NCBI GenBank assembly: GCA_963775695.1
Contig: CAVZJU010000003.1
Location: 141,050-205,049, forward strand
Direction of reading: 5' to 3'
DNA length: 64,000 bases
DNA from: an uncultured Actinomycetes bacterium
GTDB lineage: Bacteria; Actinomycetota; Thermoleophilia; Gaiellales; Gaiellaceae
The first letter of the stretch is position 1. Every line of letters begins with the position of its first letter. The position numbers and the translations under genes are program-made. A model generated the notes under the pieces. It worked only from the letters and a program-made list of their open reading frames with translations, made no database searches and was not told where the DNA came from. Below are positions 54,599 to 62,976 of this stretch, in pieces.

Positions 54599-56041
54599 GT
54601 GCGCGCGAAGGTTCTCGCCAGCATCGTCGACGAGGAGCACCGGAAGTGGTGGACCCTCGCGGCCGTCTCCTTCGGCCTGTTCATGATCATGCTCGACAAC
54701 ACGATCGTGAACGTGGCGCTCCCGACGATCCAGAGCTCGCTCGACCTGAAGATCTCGGAGCTCGAATGGGTCGTGACGGGGTACGCGCTCACGTTCGGCG
54801 CCTTCATGCTGACCGGCGGCAAGCTGGCCGACCTGCTCGGTCGTCGCCGGGTCTTCGTGATCGGGCTCATCATCTTCACGGTCTCGTCGCTCGCCTGCGG
54901 GCTCGCGGGCGGGGCGACCGTGCTGATTGGCGCGCGAGTCGTCCAGGGTGTCGGCGCCGCCCTGATGAACCCCGCAACGCTCTCGATCATCGTCGCCACC
55001 TTCCCGGCGCGCCAGCGCGGGACGGCGATCGGGGTCTGGGCGGGAGTCTCCGCGCTCGCGCTCGCGATCGGCCCGCTCGTGGGCGGCATCATCACCGAGC
55101 GGATCAGCTGGAACTGGATCTTCTTCATCAACGTCCCGGTCGGCGTGCTCGGCATCTTCGCCGCCTACATCTTCATCGACGAGTCGCGGGACACCTCGCA
55201 CGAGCAACGTCCGGACGTCCCCGGGTTGGTCACGTCCACGGTCGGCCTCTTTGCGCTGATCTACGGCCTGATCGAGGCGAACAACTACGGCTGGACGTCC
55301 ACGCGGATCCTCACCGCGTTCGCCATCGCGGTGGTCGCGCTCGTCGCCTTCCTTCTGCTCGAGCACTTCCAGCGCCTGCCGATGCTCGAGCTCGACCTCT
55401 TTCGCAACAAGGGCTTCTCGGGAGCGAACGCCGTGATGCTGTTGACGGGACTCGCGATGTTCGGCGTCTTCTTCTACGTCTCGCTGTACGTCCAGCAGGT
55501 GCTCGGCTACTCGGCGATCGAGGCCGGTGCCTCGTTCCTGCCCTGGACGGTCCTGATCATCCTGCTCGCGCCGCTGGCCGGCCGCCTGTCCGACCGGATC
55601 GGGGCAAGGCCGCTCGTCGTGGGCGGGATGATCGTGCTCACCGGGTCGCTGATCCTGTTCGCGCGGATGGGCGTGCACGAGACCTTCTGGGATCTCCTCC
55701 CCGCGATGCTGCTCGGCGGCGTCGGCATGTCCGCTGCGATGGCCCCCACCACGGCCGCGGCGATGCAGTCCGTTCGCGCGGACAAGGCTGGCGTCGGCTC
55801 GGCCGTCCTGAACAGCATGCGCCAGGTGGGCGGTTCGCTCGGCATCGCGGTCATGGGTGCGATCGTCGCCGCGTCGGCGACGCCCGGCATTCGGAATCCG
55901 TCGGGGTTCATCAACGGGTTCCACCACGCGCTCCTGACCGCGGCCGGGCTGACCGTCGCCGGCGCCCTGGTCGCCGCCCTGACCCTCGGGGGCAGGACGC
56001 GCCATGAGCCCGAGCGTGCCGTGGCCTTCGAAGCAGGATGA
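54599..56041 (+). CDS. MFS transporter, DHA2 (EmrB/QacA, 14-TMS) family
   Basis: 480 aa. FMIMLDNTIVNVALPTI, GKLADLLGRRRVF, about 14 TM. Confidence 0.9.
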   Translation: MRAKVLASIVDEEHRKWWTLAAVSFGLFMIMLDNTIVNVALPTIQSSLDLKISELEWVVTGYALTFGAFMLTGGKLADLLGRRRVFVIGLIIFTVSSLACGLAGGATVLIGARVVQGVGAALMNPATLSIIVATFPARQRGTAIGVWAGVSALALAIGPLVGGIITERISWNWIFFINVPVGVLGIFAAYIFIDESRDTSHEQRPDVPGLVTSTVGLFALIYGLIEANNYGWTSTRILTAFAIAVVALVAFLLLEHFQRLPMLELDLFRNKGFSGANAVMLLTGLAMFGVFFYVSLYVQQVLGYSAIEAGASFLPWTVLIILLAPLAGRLSDRIGARPLVVGGMIVLTGSLILFARMGVHETFWDLLPAMLLGGVGMSAAMAPTTAAAMQSVRADKAGVGSAVLNSMRQVGGSLGIAVMGAIVAASATPGIRNPSGFINGFHHALLTAAGLTVAGALVAALTLGGRTRHEPERAVAFEAG

Positions 56042-56634
56042 GCGGCGGGCCGAGGCTTCCGGCCGAGGAACGGCGGGCCGCCGTCCTCGACACTGCGTGC
56101 CGAGTCTTCGCGCGCTGCTCGTACCGCGGCGCGACGACGGCCGAGATCGCCCGCGAGGCGGGCGTGACCGAGCCGATCCTCTACCGGCACTTCGCCTCGA
56201 AGCAGGCGCTCTACCTGGCCTGCATCGAGACGGCCTGGCAGCGGGTCCGCGCCGCGTGGGACGAGGCGGTGGCGAACGAGCCCGACCCGCGCGCCTGGAC
56301 GCAGGCGATGGCGGAGGCGTTCTTCGAGTTCAAGGAGCAGCGCTCGGCGGTCGCGCAGCTCTGGCTGCAGGCGCTGACAGAGTCCGGGGAAGACCCGGAG
56401 ATCCGGCGCTACCTGCGTCGCCACCTGCGCGACGTGCACGCGTTCGTCGCCGAGGTCGTGACGCGCTGCCAGGCGGCCGGAGCGATCCCGGCCGAGCGCG
56501 ATCCGCGGGCCGAGGCGTGGATCTTCGTCGCGGTCGGCCTGCTGACCGCGGTCGCAGGCCGCCTCGGCGGCCTGCCGGCGAACGATCTCGAGCGGATCCG
56601 CGCCGCCCGTCGTGCCTGGCTGACCGGCGCGTAG
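56038..56634 (+). CDS. TetR-family transcriptional regulator
   Basis: HTH region YRGATTAEIAREAGVTEPILYRHFASKQALY. Overlaps the MFS stop by 4 nt. Confidence 0.9.
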   Translation: MSGGPRLPAEERRAAVLDTACRVFARCSYRGATTAEIAREAGVTEPILYRHFASKQALYLACIETAWQRVRAAWDEAVANEPDPRAWTQAMAEAFFEFKEQRSAVAQLWLQALTESGEDPEIRRYLRRHLRDVHAFVAEVVTRCQAAGAIPAERDPRAEAWIFVAVGLLTAVAGRLGGLPANDLERIRAARRAWLTGA

Positions 56635-56834
56635 GCGCTGACGCAGCGAGAGCCGAAATCCGCCCAGCCGACGGCGACCAGCCGACCGCCCGCCCGACAG
56701 CGGAGAGATATGGGCGGGCCACGCAGTGCCTCGCAGCAGGGAGAGGCAATAGCCGCGACGCCGCAGGCCCGCCCACTTGCGATTTCCATGCAGGCAACGA
56801 AACTCCTCTGCTTGGACGGACCCCGGAAAGGCCG

Positions 56835-56885
56835 AGAGCCCCGGCTGCGGCCAACGGCGCGTAGTCGGGGCTCTTTTCCTTTGTT
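56835..56885 (+). terminator. possible intrinsic terminator
   Basis: AGAGCCCCG ...22-nt loop... CGGGGCTCT followed by TTTCCTTTGTT. Lies 200 nt after the TetR stop. The large loop lowers confidence. Confidence 0.4.
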
Positions 56886-56939
56886 CGAGAGGGTTCGCGG
56901 GCCGAGGGTGCGCTCGACCGGCCCGAGCTTGACCCTCCT

Positions 56940-57012
56940 GTTTACGCAGGTTCCTGGTGGATTAAGGCGCAGGATCGATGGCTGCGCCCAAATGGGTGCC
57001 TACGCTCGACGC
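56940..57012 (+). repeat. ~70-nt intergenic motif, copy A
   Basis: GTTTACGCAGGTTCCTGGTGGATTAAGGCGCAGGATCGATGGCTGCGCCCAAATGGGTGCC... shares the blocks GTTTACGC/GGTT/GTGGATTA/GGCGC/CGCC/AAATGGGT with copy B. Confidence 0.55.
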
Positions 57013-57095
57013 ACGAAATAGATGATCAGCACGACGAGAAGGATGATCACAAGTAGCCCGATCAGTCCGTACCCGGTTCCAGCGATGGCGAGCAT
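57000..57095 (-). CDS. 31-aa hydrophobic peptide (below ORF-track threshold)
   Basis: Hand-found: GGGAGAG RBS, ATG 57095. Product MLAIAGTGYGLIGLLVIILLVVLIIYFVRRA, then TAG. Single TM plus a basic tail. Confidence 0.3.
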   Translation of the reverse strand: MLAIAGTGYGLIGLLVIILLVVLIIYFVRRA

Positions 57096-57252
57096 TGGCT
57101 CTCTCCCTTTCTTGTGGGACGCGCTGTATATCCAGGCAACTGGAGAGAGAAACTCATGGGAGCGCCCGAGCGCGGCCGCGAAGGCTCGTGTTCACACGTG
57201 GGGTTGCGTTCTTGCAGTTCTTGGACTCAATGGAGGAGGGAGCTGCGGCGAA

Positions 57253-57444
57253 ATGGGCATCGGAATCGGCACGATCGCGATCGCGGACGGAGCGATCCTC
57301 GCCTGGGCGGTGGACGCGTCTGCCGGGCCGAGCGCGCAGACGATCGGGTACGTCCTGCTCGCGCTCGGCGGGATCACCGTCTTGCTCTCGCTCGTCCGGT
57401 CGAGTCTGGCGGGTCGCGGCGAACGCCTCCATCGCCGCTGGTAG
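57253..57444 (+). CDS. small 2-TM membrane protein
   Basis: GGAGGAGGG at 57232-57240, ATG 57253. Product MGIGIGTIAIADGAILAWAVDASAGPSAQTIGYVLLALGGITVLLSLVRSSLAGRG... Confidence 0.45.
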   Translation: MGIGIGTIAIADGAILAWAVDASAGPSAQTIGYVLLALGGITVLLSLVRSSLAGRGERLHRRW

Positions 57445-57555
57445 CAAGCGTCCGTTCGCCCCGGCGGCTCCTCCGGGGCCGGTGTCCTGGCTCCGCGCTG
57501 GACGCGGCTTGCAGCATGATCCGGGTTGTTCCCCGGAGCCAACTTTCACCCGTTC

Positions 57556-57626
57556 GTTTACGCGGGTTAACGTGGATTAGGGCGCGGGTTTCGTGTTCAC
57601 GCCGAAATGGGTCAGAAGGCTGACGC
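57556..57626 (+). repeat. ~70-nt intergenic motif, copy B
   Basis: GTTTACGCGGGTTAACGTGGATTAGGGCGCGGGTTTCGTGTTCACGCCGAAATGGGTCAG... (see copy A). Confidence 0.55.
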
Positions 57627-57772
57627 GCTGAGGGGTTTCTAGAACAGCAACTTCGGGGTCGGCAAGCGGTTTTGGCAAGCGGTGTCCCGCTTGGCGCAGG
57701 GCTCTCCCGCCGCCGACGTTCAGGTCGAGCGGCGGGAAAGCCTAGATGTCAGAGCACTGAGCGAGGGGTCGG

Positions 57773-58051
57773 CTAGAAGCTGACGACGACCTCGCCGGTC
57801 ATCACTTGCGGAGCACCGAACGAAGCATCTGGAAGGTTCTCGGAGATCCAGCCCGCCGCCGCGCTGGTTGACGCCTCAGCGCCCGCCTGGTCACCGAAGA
57901 CGCTGATCGTCGTGGTTCCGTCGGCGGTGCGTACAGCGTGGTAAGAGCGGAAGCCGTCGATCGCCCCGATGACTTCTTTGATCTCGTCCTCACGTGCGGC
58001 GAGGACATCGGCGAGGTCGCCTCCCGAGTAGCTGCGGATGGTCGCGTACAT
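57773..58051 (-). CDS. ABM/Dabb-like (antibiotic biosynthesis monooxygenase fold) small protein
   Basis: AAGGAGG 5 nt upstream of ATG 58051. Product MYATIRSYSGGDLADVLAAREDEIKEVIGAIDGFRSYHAVRTADGTTTISVFGDQAGAE. Confidence 0.6.
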   Translation of the reverse strand: MYATIRSYSGGDLADVLAAREDEIKEVIGAIDGFRSYHAVRTADGTTTISVFGDQAGAEASTSAAAGWISENLPDASFGAPQVMTGEVVVSF

Positions 58052-58244
58052 GTCTGCCTCCTTCATGACCCCTGGCTTGGACAGCGGAGTCTCACAGGTG
58101 CGAAGGTAATACGCGGGCCACTGCTCTTCGACGTCGGTCGTCGCGGGACAGAGACTAAGCGCAGATCGTGAGACACCGCGCCGACGTTCTTCCGCCGAAC
58201 AGCGGGGAAGCGAGTCCTATACCGGCCCTCAAAGATCCGACCGC

Positions 58245-58484
58245 GTGTCTTTACAGCCCCGGGTCCGGATGGCTAACGTCGTGTCCATGACACAGGACAT
58301 GAATTGCGAGCGTTGCGGCGAGCCAATCGCGCCTCCGGACCAGCCGGTGAAGATGGCGAAGCAAGTGGACGTGACCGGCTTCAACGCGGCGGGGACGCGT
58401 GAGTACTTGGACGGTATCCCCTCGATCTTCCACGAGTGGTGCGCTCCGTCCCCGCAAGTGGGGCGCTGGCGACGAGTTGACTAG
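58245..58484 (+). CDS. hypothetical protein with CxxC...HxxC pattern
   Basis: 79-aa ORF, possibly starting at the internal MTQDMNCERCGEP. CERC ... HEWC could form a Zn site. Weak support. Confidence 0.3.
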   Translation: MSLQPRVRMANVVSMTQDMNCERCGEPIAPPDQPVKMAKQVDVTGFNAAGTREYLDGIPSIFHEWCAPSPQVGRWRRVD

Positions 58485-58677
58485 CTCGTCCCTCGGAACC
58501 TACTTCGCGCACGTTCGGGACTGAGCGAAGCCGTCCGCGCCGGGCGAGATTCCCCACCCCTTCAACACCGACGGACTCACGTCCACGCCGTAGGTCGAGA
58601 CTTGACCTGACCCCCTGAATCTGGTCCAGCCGTTGTGAGAGTCACGATCGCCCGGATGGGCGAAGGAGGTGGCTCTT

Positions 58678-58956
58678 GTGAAGGGGAGGAGGCACACGCC
58701 GGAGCAGGTGGTGCGGAAGCTTCGGGAGGCTGATCGGCTGCTCGCTGAGGGGAGCGATCTGCAGGATGTTTGCCGGCAGCTGGAGGTGTCGGTGCAGACG
58801 TATCAGCGGTGGCGGTCGCAGTACAAGGCGATGCGGCCAGAGGACGTGGTGCGGTTGAAGCAGCTGGAGAAGGAGAATGCGCGTTTGAAGCGGCTGCTGG
58901 CGGAGAGGGAACTCGATCTCGACATGCTGCGGGAGGTGGCTCGGGGAAACTGGTGA
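58678..58956 (+). CDS. IS3-family transposase OrfA (HTH)
   Basis: GAAGGAGG RBS then GTG 58678. VKGRRHTPEQVVRKLREADRLLAEG...VSVQTYQRWRSQY...LKQLEKENARLKRLLAE (leucine zipper). Confidence 0.85.
   Translation: MKGRRHTPEQVVRKLREADRLLAEGSDLQDVCRQLEVSVQTYQRWRSQYKAMRPEDVVRLKQLEKENARLKRLLAERELDLDMLREVARGNW
58944..58950 (+). promoter_or_regulatory. candidate -1 programmed frameshift heptamer G_GGA_AAC
   Basis: An X_XXY_YYZ heptamer correctly phased in the orfA frame, 4 nt before the orfA stop. A -1 slip enters the orfB frame (GGG AAA CTG GTG AGC ...). Confidence 0.55.
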
Positions 58957-59801
58957 GCCCGGAGCGGCGGCGCAGGGCGGTCGTGCACCTGCAAAGCCGT
59001 TTCCGGGTATCGGAGCGGAGGGCCTGTCGGGCGGCGAGGCAGCATCGCTCCTCACAGCGCTACGGGCGGAGGTGCCTCGCCGATGAGGCAGTGTTGCGGG
59101 AGCGTCTGCGGCTGCTGGCCAGGCGTCATCCCCGCTACGGCTACCGGCGGATGCACGCGCTGCTACGACGGGAAGGCTGGGCGTGTAACCGCAAGCGGGT
59201 GCAGCGGCTCTGGCGGGACGAGGGCTTGCGCCTGCCGCCCAAGGTGCGTCGGCGCAGACGCAAACGGCGGATGCCCGGCCACGTGACCGCGGCCTGCCCC
59301 GATCAGGTCTGGGCGCTCGACTTCCTCGTCGACCGCACCGCCGATGGTCGGCCAATCAAGATCCTGGCGATCACCGACGAGCACACCCGCGAAGCACTGG
59401 CCATCCCAGCGGCTCGTCGCATCACCTCGGACGACACTGTCGAGGCGCTCGAACGAGTCGTCGAACGGCGGGGCAGCGCCCCCTCCTACATCCGCTGCGA
59501 CAACGGCCCCGAGCTGACCGCCGAGGCGCTGAAGGACTGGTGCCGCTTCAGCGGAATCGCCGTCTCCTACATCGAGCCCGGGGCTCCCTGGCAGAACCCG
59601 TACGTCGAGTCGTTCAACGGGCACCTCCGCAACGAGCTCCTCGACATGGAGTCCTTCAACACCCTGCTCGAGGCCCAGCTCCTCCTCGAAGACTGGCGGC
59701 AGGAGTACAACCACCACCGGCCTCACCAATCACTCAACTACGAAACCCCGGCAGCATTCGCCCGCCAATGGCATGCTGACCACGACCACAGACCCTCATA
59801 A
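58953..59801 (+). CDS. IS3-family transposase OrfB (integrase core, DDE)
   Basis: HPRYGYRRMHALLRREGW, VWALDFLVDRT, RCDNGPELTA, PGAPWQNPYVESFNGHLRNELL, YNHHRPHQSL. Probably expressed as an OrfAB fusion. Confidence 0.85.
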   Translation: MSPERRRRAVVHLQSRFRVSERRACRAARQHRSSQRYGRRCLADEAVLRERLRLLARRHPRYGYRRMHALLRREGWACNRKRVQRLWRDEGLRLPPKVRRRRRKRRMPGHVTAACPDQVWALDFLVDRTADGRPIKILAITDEHTREALAIPAARRITSDDTVEALERVVERRGSAPSYIRCDNGPELTAEALKDWCRFSGIAVSYIEPGAPWQNPYVESFNGHLRNELLDMESFNTLLEAQLLLEDWRQEYNHHRPHQSLNYETPAAFARQWHADHDHRPS

Positions 59802-59833
59802 CAAGTGGACCAGAAAACGGGGTCAGGTCAACG

Positions 59834-60742
59834 GCGCTGGCGACCCTGCACAGTGCGAACCTGAAGTTCTTCTGGATCGCAGGCGCCTGCTTCCTCGCCT
59901 CCCTGATCGCCGGCGCCAACGAATGGAGAACGACGCTCGAAGGGTGCGGCGCACAGCTTGGAACACGGAGCGCATGCGCCCGCTACGGGGTCGGCTCGCT
60001 CGTGAACACGTTCGCGCCGATGCGGCTCGGCGATGCCGTGCGCGTCGCCCTCTTCTCCCGCACCCTTCCACAGGACGAGGGACGGACGCTCACGACCGGC
60101 GGTGCGCTGGGCACGGTCGAGGTTGCGCGCGCGATCGTTCAGGCCCTCCTCCTGGCCACGGCAGCCGCCGCGGGAACGCTGCCGCTGTGGCCGGTCGCGA
60201 TGCTCGGCGGGCTCGCGTCGTTCATGCTGGCAACGGTCTACCCCCTCCGCCGCCGTCACCCCTGGCGACGAATGGAGCACCTTCTCGACGCGTTCCGAGG
60301 ACTCACCCAATCGCCCCGCAGAGCCGCCGCGTTACTCGGCTGGACGGCGGTAGCGTCAGTCGCGCGTGTGATCGCGGCAACGGCGATCGCGAGCTCGCTT
60401 GGAGTGCCGTGGTCGCTCCAAACCGGTCTGATCATCACTGTCGCCATCGACACGGCGACGATCGTCCCGCTCATGCCGGGCAACCTCGGCATCGCGAGCG
60501 GAGCCGTCGCGCTCGCCCTGCACTCGAACGGCGTTCCGCTCTCGACAGCTCTCGCCGCGGGCCTCTCCTTCCAAGCCGTCGAGGCGGCCACCAGCATCGC
60601 GTTCGGAGGCGCGGGCGCGCTCATGCTGGCACGGTTCCCCACTCCCGCAGCCCGGCAACTCGTGCTCGGACTCACCGCCGGGATCTTCGCCACGCTCGTC
60701 ACCGGCGGTCTCGGTTTCTCTGTTCTACCGTCGATCGTTTGA
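59834..60742 (+). pseudogene. flippase-like / lysylphosphatidylglycerol-synthase-TM (UPF0104) family gene, 5' end cut off by the IS3
   Basis: The frame is open from the IS3 right end: ALATLHSANLKFFWIAGACFLASLIAGANEWRTTLEG...GVGSLVNTFAPMRLGDAVRVALF... through 60742. No start codon or first TM helix remains. The listed ORF 60002..60742 is only its internal-Met part. Confidence 0.65.
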
Positions 60743-61126
60743 TCACGCGGCCGGGAACACCCTCGGCTTCTGGACACCGTCGCCGGAGTTGACGTCTGGC
60801 GGAGCCCAGCCGCTGAGCGGCCCGTCACCGTGCCGCGCCACCGTGAGACCCGCGCGCCGCCGATCAGCAGGATCGGGCTCCCCCGTCGTCGCCCACCGAC
60901 GGTACGCGACCAGCGTGTCGCCGACTCTAACGAACGGCCCCGGGTACAGCTGCTGCGCCGGGCGAGAGTCGCCGGCGGTCACGAAGTCGAACGCGATCGC
61001 CGCCAGCGTCAGCGCGACCAGCAATCCCAGCAGCAGGAGCCCGAGGAGGCGCAGCCACCGCCACACGCGTCCTCGCTTCCCCCGACGCTCGAGCTCGTCG
61101 TCGACTGGAGACGCCTCGGCAACCAC
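60743..61126 (-). pseudogene. N-terminal remnant of a membrane-anchored alpha/beta-hydrolase-like gene
   Basis: GTG 61126: ...RVWRWLRLLGLLLLGLLVALTLAAIAFDF (TM), then YPGPFVRVGDTLVAYRRWATTG. The expected P-x-LL-x-G motif appears only in another frame (SPILLIGGA). The reading frame ends against the convergent gene at 60742. Confidence 0.35.
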
Positions 61127-61137
61127 AGCATCCGACT

Positions 61138-62112
61138 CTAGGGATGGACCGATATGACCCCGCCCACCAGGTCGGCAGACTCGCCCACCAGCCAGTGGGC
61201 CTCGATGAACCGCCGGGCACCGTCCGGGAGCCGGCAGCGCGCGGTGAAGCTCACGCTGTGGACCCTCGTCACAGTGCCGGAGCAACGGCTGGCACTCGGC
61301 AGGTACTCCATCTGGAATGCTGTTTTCAGGAGCTTCCGCGGCGCGATCAGGAGGTCGGCGCGGACGAGCACACGCTGTTCGCCGTGCCCTTCTCCAGCCA
61401 TCGACACGATGCCTCGGCTGACGCCGTTGAGTTGCGCGATATGACCGGTGAGCGGCTCGGTGAAGCGTGTGGCGTTCCATGGCTTGGGCCTGAAGTGAAG
61501 CGGTCCGATGCCAAGGCCGACGATCAGGAGCAGGCCGAGAGCAGCGGACAGCCCGGATAATCCCGCTCCATACCGCATGCCCCGCACGCGTGCGAGACGC
61601 CAGACGACGGCGGCTGTCACCGCGGAGGCGCTGAGTGCGTAGAGGCCGATCGCCCAGGGGGCGCTCCGGTCGGTGCCGCTCCCCAGCCCGTGGAGGGTCG
61701 CGGCGCCCCAGACGGCGAAATTGAGATAATGGGCCCGCCGCCAGAAGGAGTACTGCAGTCGGTCGCGGTAGTGGTTTGTGATCGCAAGGGCGACGAGGAG
61801 CTCCATGGCGGCCGCGCCAAGCCCGACCCACAGCGGTCGGTAGCGCGAGACGAAAGGCACGAGGAGGGATTGCAGGGAGAACGGCAGCCAGGAGTCGATC
61901 GCGATCGTGATCACGTGGATTGCAACGAAGCTGCCGACGAGGAGGCCTCCGAAACGGTGTACATCCTCAACGGTGAAGCGAGGGAAGCCGCCGAACGTCC
62001 TCTTCGCCGCCATGGTCAACCCGGCGAGCACGACCCCGGTTAGGAGCAGATAGGCGGTCAGGCCTGCGGCCCGCGCGGCGTACCAGTCGATCGGCGCCGA
62101 GGTCAGGTGCAT
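61138..62112 (-). CDS. ferric-reductase-like transmembrane (MsrQ/YedZ-like, di-heme b) protein with C-terminal soluble extension
   Basis: 324 aa, 6 TM. His pairs in VHRFGG...FVAIHV and RAHYLNFAVWGAATLHG. Confidence 0.75.
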   Translation of the reverse strand: MHLTSAPIDWYAARAAGLTAYLLLTGVVLAGLTMAAKRTFGGFPRFTVEDVHRFGGLLVGSFVAIHVITIAIDSWLPFSLQSLLVPFVSRYRPLWVGLGAAAMELLVALAITNHYRDRLQYSFWRRAHYLNFAVWGAATLHGLGSGTDRSAPWAIGLYALSASAVTAAVVWRLARVRGMRYGAGLSGLSAALGLLLIVGLGIGPLHFRPKPWNATRFTEPLTGHIAQLNGVSRGIVSMAGEGHGEQRVLVRADLLIAPRKLLKTAFQMEYLPSASRCSGTVTRVHSVSFTARCRLPDGARRFIEAHWLVGESADLVGGVISVHP

Positions 62113-62972
62113 ACGACCGAGGCGGTGACCGCGGCCTGCGCCATGCTGGTCTGCCAGGATCGATTCGGGAGAACGTCACCGGCGGTGGTGACGAAGCGGG
62201 CAGGCAGGCCGCGCGTGTCCAGCCAGGCCGGCCCGTGCGCACCGAGTAGAAACGCAGCTTTCGCGGCGATGTCGGCGCCAACGCAGGAGCGGCCGCACAC
62301 GGTCACCTGTTCCCACGGCGACTCGCAAGGCTGACCGGTACGCGGATCGATCAGGTGATGCTGTGGGCGGCCGCCGCGCGACCAGCGCCGCCGGTCGGTC
62401 CCGCTCGTCGCCAGTGCCCCACGCACAAGGGAAACCGTGCCGCCGCCCGGGAGCGCCACCACGACCGGCCCCCGGGCCGCGAGATCGCCGCCTGCCGAGA
62501 CAAACCCGTCGCCGCACATGACCGCAAGCGCATCGTCGACGGTTTGCCCCTTGACGACGCCGTTGAGATCGAGGCGGACGCCCTCGGGGACGATGACCCA
62601 CCTTCCGGAGAGGAACACCGTGCTCTCCTGCAACCCGGCTTCCACGGGTGGCGACGGGTCGTCGTCCAGCGCCGAGAAGTCGCGGTCGTAGCCTGCAGCC
62701 TCGAGCGCCCCTCCCAGAGTCGGGGCGACCAGCCCGTCCGTCTCGCGCTCGGCGTCCATGGCGAGCGCGAGCATGCCGGCGAACGTCGGTGAGACGCGCA
62801 CAGGTCGTCCGGCAGCGGCGTTGACGCGACTGAGCTCGCTCCCGAGCAGGAAGCGGCTGAAGATCCTCTCCCGCAAGGCGAAGAGCTGGTAGATCGCGTG
62901 TCGCTCATGCGCCGACGCGCCTTCGACGACGACCGAACAGCCCATCGACCGGAACTCGTGCGGCTCGGCCAT
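62103..62972 (-). CDS. apbE: FAD:protein FMN transferase (ApbE family)
   Basis: ATG 62972 gives MAEPHEFRSMGCSVVV...SELSRVNAAAG...DGLVAPTLGGALEAAGYD...LDLNGVVKG...ATSGTDRRRW...HHLIDPRTG. Confidence 0.85.
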   Translation of the reverse strand: MAEPHEFRSMGCSVVVEGASAHERHAIYQLFALRERIFSRFLLGSELSRVNAAAGRPVRVSPTFAGMLALAMDAERETDGLVAPTLGGALEAAGYDRDFSALDDDPSPPVEAGLQESTVFLSGRWVIVPEGVRLDLNGVVKGQTVDDALAVMCGDGFVSAGGDLAARGPVVVALPGGGTVSLVRGALATSGTDRRRWSRGGRPQHHLIDPRTGQPCESPWEQVTVCGRSCVGADIAAKAAFLLGAHGPAWLDTRGLPARFVTTAGDVLPNRSWQTSMAQAAVTASVVCT

Positions 62973-62976
62973 CAGC

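Larger units (their letters stand above)
58603..59830 (+). mobile_element. IS3-family insertion sequence (1228 bp)
   Basis: ~40-bp imperfect IRs: TGACCTGACCCCCTGAATCTGGTCCAGCCGTTGTGAGAGTC (58603-58643) versus the reverse complement of 59791-59830, TGACCTGACCCCGTTTTCTGGTCCACTTGTTATGAGGGTC. TG...CA termini. orfA/orfB layout. Confidence 0.85.

Noticed and set aside
58500-58697. 65-aa minus-strand ORF spanning the left IS3 boundary
   Set aside because: It crosses the IS inverted repeat and is antisense to the orfA 5' region; a chance ORF.
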